Below, one piece after another: positions 52,515 to 59,840 of a stretch of 64,000 nt of DNA. The first letter of the stretch is position 1; every line of letters starts with the position of its first letter. The position numbers were made by a program, and so were the translations under genes. The notes beneath the pieces were generated by a model. It did not search any database, was not told the origin of the DNA, and saw nothing but the letters and a program-made list of their open reading frames with translations. The stretch comes from an uncultured Pseudomonadota bacterium (GTDB lineage: Bacteria > Pseudomonadota > Alphaproteobacteria > Rhizobiales > Hyphomicrobiaceae): positions 98,338 through 162,337 of the forward strand of contig CAWJXQ010000013.1 in the NCBI GenBank assembly GCA_963846845.1, given 5' to 3'.

Positions 52515-52597
52515 GCGGCAAAGCCGCAAATTTCGAAAGAGCGGCAAAGCCGCAAATTTCGGAAAGAGCCGCAAAGCCGCAAAATTTCCGCAAAGGA
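52515..52597 (+). repeat. Three tandem 26-30 nt direct repeats in the 5' leader of the His-rich mini-protein gene
   Basis: R1 gcggcaaagccgcaaatttcgaaaga (52515-52540), R2 gcggcaaagccgcaaatttcggaaaga (52541-52567), R3 gccgcaaagccgcaaaatttccgcaaagga (52568-52597). Each has a gcggc-aaa-gccgc mini-hairpin. R3 runs into the AGGAGG RBS. Confidence 0.85.
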
Positions 52598-52605
52598 GGC
52601 AAACA

Positions 52606-52842
52606 ATGCAACGGATCCCAAGCATAGCCCTCGCGCTCGTAACGGCAGCTACAGCCATGTCGTTCGCCGGCGCCGCTGAAGCTAAAGATCGTGGCGGCCA
52701 CCATTGGCATGGCCATGGCCACCACTGGCACGGCGGTGGTCATCACGACGGCTGGGGCGGAGTTGGCGTGAACCTGATCGATCCCGGATACGACGACAGC
52801 TACTACTCGTCGTACGACGATGATGACGACGTCTATGACTGA
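52606..52842 (+). CDS. Small secreted His-rich, acidic-tailed protein (78 aa)
   Basis: AGGAGG RBS, signal peptide IALALVTAATAMSFAGAAEA, mature part KDRGGHHWHGHGHHWHGGGHHDGWGG...YDDSYYSSYDDDDDVYD, terminator downstream. Confidence 0.65.
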   Translation: MQRIPSIALALVTAATAMSFAGAAEAKDRGGHHWHGHGHHWHGGGHHDGWGGVGVNLIDPGYDDSYYSSYDDDDDVYD

Positions 52843-52850
52843 ACGACCAG

Positions 52851-52879
52851 AAGCCCCGGCCCGGTGCCGGGGCTTTTTG
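52851..52879 (+). terminator. Rho-independent terminator
   Basis: Stem aagccccggc/gccggggctt with a 5-nt loop, followed by TTTT. Confidence 0.75.
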
Positions 52880-52903
52880 CTGCGCAAACGCCGATGCCAA
52901 AAC

Positions 52904-54397
52904 TTAGCGGACGCCGGCCATTTGGCGTTTCAACCACGGCGTCAAGGCCAGCATGCCAATGGCCGCCGCGCCGCCAAACGCCGCAAACGAGGCAAAGTAG
53001 ATCGCCAACCCCGCCGGATCGTCCGACGTGAATCGAGTCCCGAAGACGCCTGCCAGCTTGTTGCCGAACGCTGCTGCAAGAAACCACACGCCCAGCATCA
53101 GGCCCACCAGCCGTGGCGGGGCAAGCTTGGTCATCGCGCTCAAGCCCACGGGGCTGAGGCACAGCTCACCCATCGTGATCAGCAGAAAGTAGACGACCAG
53201 CCACAGCGGGCTGGCGGGCGCTACCGCCGTTGAAAGGGCTGCCGGCACCATCACAAGAAACGACGCCGCCAACAGCCCCAGGGCCATCGCGAACTTGACG
53301 GGCGTAGACGGCTGCCGCAAGCCGAGCGCCGTCCACAGCACGACGAACAGCGGCGCCAGCAGAATGACGAACATGGGATTGAGCGACTGATACCACGCCG
53401 AAGGGATGGTCCAGCCGAGCAGAACATTGTCCGTCAGCCGGTCTGAAAACAGCGCAATCGATAGCCCCGCCTGTTCGAACGCCGACCAGAAAACCATTGC
53501 CGCCACGAAGAACACGAAGATCGCCGCGATACGTCCGGCCTCCAGATCCTCACGCCGGCTGAAATAAGCGATCGCCACCAGCGGCACGATGATCAGCAGA
53601 TAGCGCAGCCATTCCAGCCCCGGCTGGTCCGACAACAGCAGCAACGCCAGCAGGCCGCCTGTTGCCACGACCATCGCCGCGACTTCGAACCAGCCGGTCG
53701 CCCGTAGCGGCGGCGCCTCGCCAAGCCCGGCAAACGTTTTCGTCCGTGCCGCGAACAGCGCCAGCGCGATCGTCATGCCGATGCCGGCCGCCGCAAAGCC
53801 CCAGTGCCAGCTCATGGCCGGATCGAACCCCAGCGACGCCAGCCAGCCTTTGAAGGCCGCGCTCTGCGCCAGAAATCCTGTCACCAGCGGCGCCAGCAGG
53901 CCGCCGATGTTCACGCCCATGTAGAAGTACGTGAAGCCGGCATCGCGGCGCGGATCGTCCGTCTCGTAGAGTTCGCCCACCATGGCGGAGATGCTGGGCT
54001 TGAACAGTCCGGTGCCCAGCGACACCAGCACGACGCCGGCGTAGAAGGCGGTCATCCCGCCCCAGGCCAGCGCGAAATGCCCGAGCGCAATGACAACGCC
54101 GCCGATCAGCACCGCGTTGCGCGTGCCGATGAACCGGTCGGCCATGAACCCGCCCGGCAGCGCCAGCAGGTATACCGCCATCGTGTAGTTGCCGTAGAAC
54201 AGCGCCGCCTGGACCGTGGAAAATCCCAGGCCCCCCTCGGCCACCGGCGCCACCATGAAGAACACGAGAATGGCGCGCATGCCATAATACGAAAAGCGCT
54301 CCCACAACTCGACGAAGAACAGCGTCGAGAGCCCCGCAGGCTGAGCGGCTGAAATCTGCAGCGGAATCCCCCTGGCGTGCCCGTCAAAGAGCGGCAC
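52904..54397 (-). CDS. POT/PTR2-family di/tripeptide:proton symporter
   Basis: 497 aa polytopic protein with the PTR2 signature FFVELWERFSYYGMRAILVFFM. Confidence 0.85.
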   Translation of the reverse strand: MPLFDGHARGIPLQISAAQPAGLSTLFFVELWERFSYYGMRAILVFFMVAPVAEGGLGFSTVQAALFYGNYTMAVYLLALPGGFMADRFIGTRNAVLIGGVVIALGHFALAWGGMTAFYAGVVLVSLGTGLFKPSISAMVGELYETDDPRRDAGFTYFYMGVNIGGLLAPLVTGFLAQSAAFKGWLASLGFDPAMSWHWGFAAAGIGMTIALALFAARTKTFAGLGEAPPLRATGWFEVAAMVVATGGLLALLLLSDQPGLEWLRYLLIIVPLVAIAYFSRREDLEAGRIAAIFVFFVAAMVFWSAFEQAGLSIALFSDRLTDNVLLGWTIPSAWYQSLNPMFVILLAPLFVVLWTALGLRQPSTPVKFAMALGLLAASFLVMVPAALSTAVAPASPLWLVVYFLLITMGELCLSPVGLSAMTKLAPPRLVGLMLGVWFLAAAFGNKLAGVFGTRFTSDDPAGLAIYFASFAAFGGAAAIGMLALTPWLKRQMAGVR

Positions 54398-54484
54398 TCA
54401 CTCTCCGGTGACCAACACGCCGGCGCAAGGAGAATTATGAGGCCATGGGGCGCGTGGCTATGCCCAAACGCTCAGCACAGGCCT

Positions 54485-54559
54485 TGGCTGGGGCGGGAGG
54501 GTTCGAACCTCCGCATGGTGGAATCAAAATCCACTGCCTTACCACTTGGCTACGCCCCA
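54485..54559 (-). tRNA. tRNA-Gln (anticodon UUG)
   Basis: The minus strand reads TGGGGCGTAGCCAAGTGGTAAGGCAGTGGATTTTGATTCCACCATGCGGAGGTTCGAACCCTCCCGCCCCAGCCA. Cloverleaf with TTG in the anticodon loop and an encoded CCA. Confidence 0.9.
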
Positions 54560-54727
54560 ACAAGGAGCGTGGCGTGTAACGCGTTTTCAATGGCGTTTCA
54601 AGGTGGCTACGCGCGCCGGCTGGCCAACTGCTAGCCCGGTGCGCCGCAGGCCGAGGCCGTCCACGGTAGCGGCCCTGGAAACAGCCGCAAACAAGCCGCA
54701 AACGGGCTGCCCGCGACCCGCCGCCAT

Positions 54728-54979
54728 CAACGGTTATCGCGATAGCGATCCCGGGAGCGCCGCTCCGTGTGGCGATAGCGCTGGTTCTCGCAGAAGCGGC
54801 TGCGCGTGCCGCTCAGGCATCCGTAACGGTCCAGCAGTTCCGCATCGCGTTCGCTGACCGGCCCGCCGGCCCGCGCGTTGGCGCGTGCCGATTTCCACTT
54901 CCCAATAATTATCCGCCAGCGCCGCAGTGCCTGATGCCGCGAGAAGCAAGCCAGCGGCCACCGTCTTGAGGCTCAACAT
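54728..54979 (-). pseudogene. Small secreted basic protein (one frame shift near 54900)
   Basis: The signal peptide MLSLKTVAAGLLLAASGTAALADNYW joins KWKSARANARAGGPVSERDAELLDRYGCLSGTRSRFCENQRYRHTERRSRDRYRDNR* in the +1 frame. The junction tgg-g-aag looks like a 1-nt insertion. Confidence 0.45.
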
Positions 54980-55147
54980 GGCAACTCCAATCTACAATAT
55001 GCATACCAGGCGACATGGTCTCGCAGCAGCGTCGATTCAAGACAGCACAACGTTCAAAACTGCACCGACGCGGCGGATCGAATTGCCTAGCTAGCCTCTC
55101 CGTGCACGCAGTATGATCGCCCGCACGCATGACCAATGGAGGTTGCC

Positions 55148-55297
55148 ATGGCTGAAGACGCAGAGTGCGCCGATTGTGCCGGCACCGGCGAAATTTGCAG
55201 CTCGTGCTGCGCTCCGACGGACTGGTGCGGCTGCGAGCGCGGCGAAATGCTGCCGATGGTGTTCACCTGCCGCACCTGCCACGATCCGGAGGCGTGA
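55148..55297 (+). CDS. Candidate 49-aa Cys-rich zinc-ribbon-like mini-protein
   Basis: GGAGG RBS 7 nt upstream. MAEDAECADCAGTGEICSSCCAPTDWCGCERGEMLPMVFTCRTCHDPEA has 10 Cys, a CxxCxGxG motif and a CxxC. It is below the ORF-track length cutoff. Confidence 0.4.
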   Translation: MAEDAECADCAGTGEICSSCCAPTDWCGCERGEMLPMVFTCRTCHDPEA

Positions 55298-55585
55298 GAC
55301 CGTTTCACCGCGCTGTGGCGCCCGTGGCTGCCCGCACTGGATCTCACCGGCAATCCGTTGCCGGGTCCTTCGACCGGCACGCGAACGGGTCTTGCAGGAC
55401 CGAACGCCGGAGCACCGCACGCCAGACAGGCCCGACCGGCGCCTAACGAGGCGCAGGAGCAACCAAACCGGCCCAAGACTTGCCTTGCGGCCCCGAGGCG
55501 GCGCGGCTATAAAGCGGCCTCGCTCGCCGCCCGCCTTATCGCGGACGCGGGCTGATCCCTTTCAAAACGGGATGAAACGGTCGGG

Positions 55586-55646
55586 CGGAGCGTAGCGCAG
55601 CCTGGTAGCGCACTTGCTTCGGGAGCAAGGGGTCGGGAGTTCGAAT
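55586..55646 (+). tRNA. tRNA-Pro (anticodon CGG), 5' portion only (acceptor 5' strand through T-loop); gene interrupted
   Basis: CGGAGCGTAGCGCAGCCTGGTAGCGCACTTGCTTCGGGAGCAAGGGGTCGGGAGTTCGAAT, then unrelated sequence. The 3' T-stem and acceptor strand are missing here. Confidence 0.8.
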
Positions 55647-56310
55647 TCAAGGCTTGTGCTGGTGGAGGGATTAGAGGACGCCGCGTACGTCAATGCATGG
55701 ATGGTTCTCAACGACAATTAGGACAAGTTGCGCGGAGCCGGAGCCCACATAGTCGCCGCAAATGGCAAGAGTGAGCTGATACGTCCGACAATAATCGCTA
55801 AGCGTTTGGGAATACCGACGTTCCTCATATTTGATTGTGATGGCGATAAGCTTGAGCATGAAAATCCGGAAACCGCGAAGTCCCGTCGGCGATATCACGA
55901 GCGGGACAATACGGCGCTGATGTCACTGATGGGTGTCGATCCGAAAGAGCCATTTCCTAATGCAGTAATCTGGGGAGCTGATATCGCCGCCTGGCCGCAC
56001 GATTTGCTTTCCTCCGTCAGAGACGATGCTGGAAAAGAGGCGTGGGACGTAGCTGGAGGGCAGGCCTCTGCGGCTTTCGGCTCGGCTCCTGATCTGCAAA
56101 AAAACACCCTTCACATTGGCATGCGATTAGCCGAGCTGAGAAATGCAAAGGTGGAGCTCAAGACTTCGAATCAACTATGTACGGCAGTTCTCAACTTCGC
56201 TGAAAAGGTGTGACGGCTGCTCCGACACCCTTGCTAAGCCATTGATCTAGATTGGGGGAAAATTTGGGGAATTGTCGGAATGGCGTTGATTTTATTGCTT
56301 TTTCAGTTGG
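55647..56310. mobile_element. Remnant of an integrated element inserted in tRNA-Pro
   Basis: Flanked by 29-bp direct repeats ttcgggagcaaggggtcgggagttcgaat (55618-55646 and 56311-56339). GC is much lower than the flanks. It carries only a truncated Toprim-like ORF and no integrase. Confidence 0.6.
55728..56213 (+). pseudogene. C-terminal fragment of an OLD-family/Toprim-like (DUF4435-like) nuclease gene
   Basis: IVAANGKSELIRPTIIAKRLGIPTFLIFDCDGDK resembles the DxD-containing Toprim strand of OLD-type nucleases. There is an in-frame TAG just upstream, no ATPase domain and no upstream catalytic Glu region. Low GC. Confidence 0.4.
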
Positions 56311-56355
56311 TTCGGGAGCAAGGGGTCGGGAGTTCGAATCTCCCCGCTCCGACCA
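56311..56355 (+). tRNA. tRNA-Pro (CGG), 3' portion only (anticodon loop to CCA end)
   Basis: TTCGGGAGCAAGGGGTCGGGAGTTCGAATCTCCCCGCTCCGACCA. Joining 55586-55646 to 56340-56355 would give a complete cloverleaf. Confidence 0.8.
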
Positions 56356-56488
56356 GTTTCTTTTAGACACACCGGCCGTACCCTGGCTCTCTCCTCAGCC
56401 TCGTATATAGACGAGTTGCCGCCAACCCTTAGGTCGGCGAAGATTGCGGCCGGGGCCCAGAAGCGGCCAGAAGGATCACGCCGCCACC

Positions 56489-57463
56489 ATGCCCGATACC
56501 GCGCTTGCCGAAACGCCCAGCCCGCCCGAACCGCCCCGCCCCTATGACGCGCGCATGCTGGCCGTCGGTGACGGGCACTGGCTCTATATCGAGGAAGTCG
56601 GCAACCGCGACGGCTACCCGGCGCTGTTCCTGCATGGCGGCCCCGGCAGCGGCGCCCAGCACATGCACCGGCGCATCTTCGATCCGCAACGTCATCGCGC
56701 CATCCTGTTCGATCAGCGCGGTGCCGGCCGCAGCCATCCGTATCTGTCGCTCACAGCCAACACCACCGCCCACCTCGTCGAAGATATCGAGCGCATCCGC
56801 ACGCATTTCGGCATCGACAAGTGGATCGTCGTCGGCGGCTCGTGGGGCTCCACGTTGGGCATCGCCTATGCCGAGCAATATCCCCAACGCGTCGCGGGTC
56901 TCGTGTTGCGCGCGGTGTTTCTGGGCACCGCCGAGGAAGTGGACTGGGCCTTCGTCACGGGCCCGAAGACCTTCCGGCCGGATCTCTATGCCGATTTCGT
57001 GGCCATGCTGCCCGGGCCCGAACAGCGCGACCCGCTGCAGTCCTACATTCGCCGCATCGCCCACCCCGACCGCGCGGTGCACTTCGCAGCCGTCATGTCC
57101 TGGTATGAGTATGAGCGCGCGCTATCGCAGCTGAGCCCGGGCGCGACGCGCCTGCCACTGCCGCCCAGCTGCACGCAAGGCCGATTGCCGCCGACGCCGA
57201 TCATCGAGGCACACTACATTCGCAACAACTTCTTCCTGCCGCCCAACCACCTGCTGGCTCATGCGGGCCAGCTCGCCGGCATCCCCGGCGCCATCATCCA
57301 GGGTCGCTACGATCTTCTCTGCCCGCCCGTCGCCGCCAATGCCCTGGCACAAGCCTGGCCCGGCAGCGACCTGACGTTCGTGGAGGGGGCGGGCCACGCC
57401 ATGACGGAAGCCGACGTTACGGAGCGTATGCGTTCGGCTGTGGCAGCTCTGACACCACGCTGA
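56489..57463 (+). CDS. pip: Prolyl aminopeptidase (proline iminopeptidase)
   Basis: LFLHGGPGSG...ILFDQRGAGRS...WIVVGGSWGSTLGIAYAEQYPQRV, an alpha/beta-hydrolase S33 signature. The start was set at MPDTALAE. Confidence 0.85.
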   Translation: MPDTALAETPSPPEPPRPYDARMLAVGDGHWLYIEEVGNRDGYPALFLHGGPGSGAQHMHRRIFDPQRHRAILFDQRGAGRSHPYLSLTANTTAHLVEDIERIRTHFGIDKWIVVGGSWGSTLGIAYAEQYPQRVAGLVLRAVFLGTAEEVDWAFVTGPKTFRPDLYADFVAMLPGPEQRDPLQSYIRRIAHPDRAVHFAAVMSWYEYERALSQLSPGATRLPLPPSCTQGRLPPTPIIEAHYIRNNFFLPPNHLLAHAGQLAGIPGAIIQGRYDLLCPPVAANALAQAWPGSDLTFVEGAGHAMTEADVTERMRSAVAALTPR

Positions 57464-58253
57464 CCGGTCCGGCACCTTCGCCCGCACGCGCCGTCAGCTC
57501 CAACGATCCGTTTTCGAAAATGGGCGCATCGGCAAACTGCTCCGCCATTTGCCGGTCTTCCAGCGTGCGCACGGTCCAGGTGAACAGCGGCAGCCCCAGC
57601 TGTTCGCGCACGCGTTTTGGCGCGGGCAGCTGCAGCGCCTGCACTTCGTAGGCGTAGAAATCCGGGTTGGTATCTTCACCCTCGGCCAAGTCACGCAGCC
57701 GGGCGGCCCGCGACGCATCGATCTTGTCGTTCCACCAGCCCTCGCCCTCGTACGAGCCGGAGATGATGCCGCGCGGCACTTGCGGAGCGTATTGCTTGGC
57801 CGCAGCGATTACCGCCGGATCGAAAGACATCAGCGCGATGGGACCGTCATAGTAGGCCGCCATGCGGCAGACGCGGAACAGGAACGAATGGTCCGGCGGA
57901 TCCCACTCGCTCTTGATTTCCACCAGCAGCGGAACGCGCCCGGCCACCAGTTCCAGCAGATCGGTGAACGTCAGGATCGCCTCGTCCTGCCCGCGATAGC
58001 GCAACTGATCCAGATCTTCCGCCGTCAGATCCGCCACCGGCCCGCTGCCGTCGATCAGCCGGTCGATCTCGTCGTCGTGGAACACCACCGGCAGTCCGCC
58101 CGCGGCCGGCCGCACATCGCATTCGATGCCCAGGTCCGCGTCGATGGCCGCCTGAAACGCCGAGCGCGTATTCTCGATGCGCCCTGCCGCGGCATCGAAC
58201 AGCCCCCGGTGCGCGATGGGAACCAGAAAGATCGCTCGATCCAGGCGCGGCAT
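57417..58253 (-). CDS. Glycerophosphodiester phosphodiesterase family protein
   Basis: IAHRGLFD...ENTRSAFQAAID...GIECDVRPAAGGLPVVFHDDEIDR...LLVEIK. Its 3' end overlaps the pip 3' end by 47 nt, so the true stop may be earlier. Confidence 0.8.
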   Translation of the reverse strand: MPRLDRAIFLVPIAHRGLFDAAAGRIENTRSAFQAAIDADLGIECDVRPAAGGLPVVFHDDEIDRLIDGSGPVADLTAEDLDQLRYRGQDEAILTFTDLLELVAGRVPLLVEIKSEWDPPDHSFLFRVCRMAAYYDGPIALMSFDPAVIAAAKQYAPQVPRGIISGSYEGEGWWNDKIDASRAARLRDLAEGEDTNPDFYAYEVQALQLPAPKRVREQLGLPLFTWTVRTLEDRQMAEQFADAPIFENGSLELTARAGEGAGPVSVVSELPQPNAYAP

Positions 58254-58261
58254 GGCTTAAC

Positions 58262-58726
58262 TCACTTCACGCTAAAGATGGCGTCGACTTCCACGGCAGC
58301 GCCGGCTGGAAGTCCCGATACGCCGACGGCCGCGCGCGTATGCCGCCCCTTGTCGCCCAGCACGGCGACCATCAGGTCCGAAGCGCCGTTGATGACCTTG
58401 GGGTGATCGGTGAAATCGGGCCCGGCATTGACGAAGCCGGTCAGCCGCATCACCTGCGCCACGCGATCGAGGTCTCCCAAGGCTGCCTGCGCCTGCGCCA
58501 GAACGTTCAGCGCGCACACCTTGGCGGCCGCGATCCCGTCTTCGATGCTCAACGTGTCGCCGACACGGCCCGAGAGAAGTGTCCCGTCGCCGGTCTTGGA
58601 AATCTGGCCCGAAATGAAAAGCAGGTTGCCCGCGATCAGGTAGGGAACATAGTTCGCCACAGGGCTGGGTGCCGGCGGAAGCTCTAAACCAAGGTCTCGC
58701 AGCCGCGCCGCAATCTCGCCACTCAT
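58262..58726 (-). CDS. RidA/YjgF family protein
   Basis: 154 aa: NLLFISGQIS...RLTGFVNAGPDFTDHPKVINGASDL...RHTRAAVGVSGLPAGAAVEVDAIF. The start was set at MSGEIAAR. Confidence 0.8.
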   Translation of the reverse strand: MSGEIAARLRDLGLELPPAPSPVANYVPYLIAGNLLFISGQISKTGDGTLLSGRVGDTLSIEDGIAAAKVCALNVLAQAQAALGDLDRVAQVMRLTGFVNAGPDFTDHPKVINGASDLMVAVLGDKGRHTRAAVGVSGLPAGAAVEVDAIFSVK

Positions 58727-58970
58727 ACATACTCCTTGAACTGGTTGTGTCGTGCTGCTCGTCCTGATGGCACGGCCCTTACATGGCAGGCAAATTGATC
58801 CGGACAGCGGCTTTTGGCAATGGCTTCGCAAGGACGGCCGGAGACGGCCAGCAGGCGTGGGCTTTGTGCTACACTGGATCGGCAGGCTGGAATTGAACCT
58901 TGACGGCCGGTCAGGGGTTGCCAATCGTCACTGGACGGCAGAAGCGCGGTTTCAGCAACTTGGACACAGA

Positions 58971-59822
58971 ATGATATCAATCTTCCCGAATAGGCTGGTC
59001 CTGGCGACGGCATTGGTTCTCACGGCAGCCTTCGCGGCCGGCGCGGTTGCGCAGCCGGTTAAGTTCTCGCCGCACCGTGCAGTGTACGACATCGCCCTGG
59101 CGCGCACCGGTGCTGCCTCCGGCGTGAACGAACTGGATGGCCGGCTGGTCTATGAGCTGAAGGGCAGTGCCTGCGAGGGCTACGAGCAGTCGATGCGCTT
59201 CGTCACGCGCACCTCGTCGCAAGATGGCGAACTGCAGGTCACCGATCTGCGCACGACCAGCTGGGAAGATGCGCCGGCCAAGCGGCTTCGCTTCACGTCG
59301 CGGAATTATCAGAACGCCAAGCTCAGCGAAGAAACCCAGGGCGACGCCAAGCGAACCGATGCCGCCAGCCCCGCAACGGTCGAGATCGTGAAGCCGTCCC
59401 GCGCCGAGAGCGGGCTTCCCGCGAACGTCTATTTCCCGATCCAGCATTCGATCGCCGTGCTCGAGGCTGCACGCAAAGGCAATCTGATGCTGGCTGCCGA
59501 CCTCTACGACGGCTCCGACAGCGGCCGCAAAATTTACACCACCAGCACGGTGATCGGCTTTGAAGGCAAGGCGGGCACGTTGAAGTTTCCCGATCTGCCG
59601 GGCACGGGCGAACGCTTGTCGCAAACGGCATCGTGGCCGGTATCGATCAGCTACTTCGACAAGAAGACCGGCAAGGGCGACGCGGTGCCGAGCTATGAAA
59701 TGTCGTATCGCTTCCACGAAAATGGCGTCACCAGCCAGCTCACCATCGATCACGGCGAGTTCGCGTTCAAAGGCAAGCTGAAGGAACTGACCTTCCTGCC
59801 CGAGGTCCCCTGTCCCCAGTGA
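58971..59822 (+). CDS. DUF1849 (EipB-like cell envelope integrity) family protein
   Basis: Signal peptide LVLATALVLTAAFAAGAVAQ, then FSPHRAVYDIALARTG...GRLVYELKGSACEGYEQSMRFVTR, recalled as the DUF1849 N-terminal pattern. Confidence 0.65.
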   Translation: MISIFPNRLVLATALVLTAAFAAGAVAQPVKFSPHRAVYDIALARTGAASGVNELDGRLVYELKGSACEGYEQSMRFVTRTSSQDGELQVTDLRTTSWEDAPAKRLRFTSRNYQNAKLSEETQGDAKRTDAASPATVEIVKPSRAESGLPANVYFPIQHSIAVLEAARKGNLMLAADLYDGSDSGRKIYTTSTVIGFEGKAGTLKFPDLPGTGERLSQTASWPVSISYFDKKTGKGDAVPSYEMSYRFHENGVTSQLTIDHGEFAFKGKLKELTFLPEVPCPQ

Positions 59823-59840
59823 TCAAGCAAGCCGCCTCTG

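Noticed and set aside
52515-52597. Possible CRISPR array (short repeats with hairpin potential)
   Set aside because: The three repeats are contiguous with no spacers, there are only three units, no cas genes are nearby, and the last unit merges into an RBS. This is a tandem repeat in a 5' leader, not CRISPR.
52234-52887. 217-aa minus-strand ORF spanning the AT-rich region, the tandem repeats and the His-rich gene
   Set aside because: It runs antisense through a gene with a good RBS, signal peptide and terminator. Its own sequence is dominated by translated repeats (FAALSEICGFAALSKFAAL) and Val/Ala runs.
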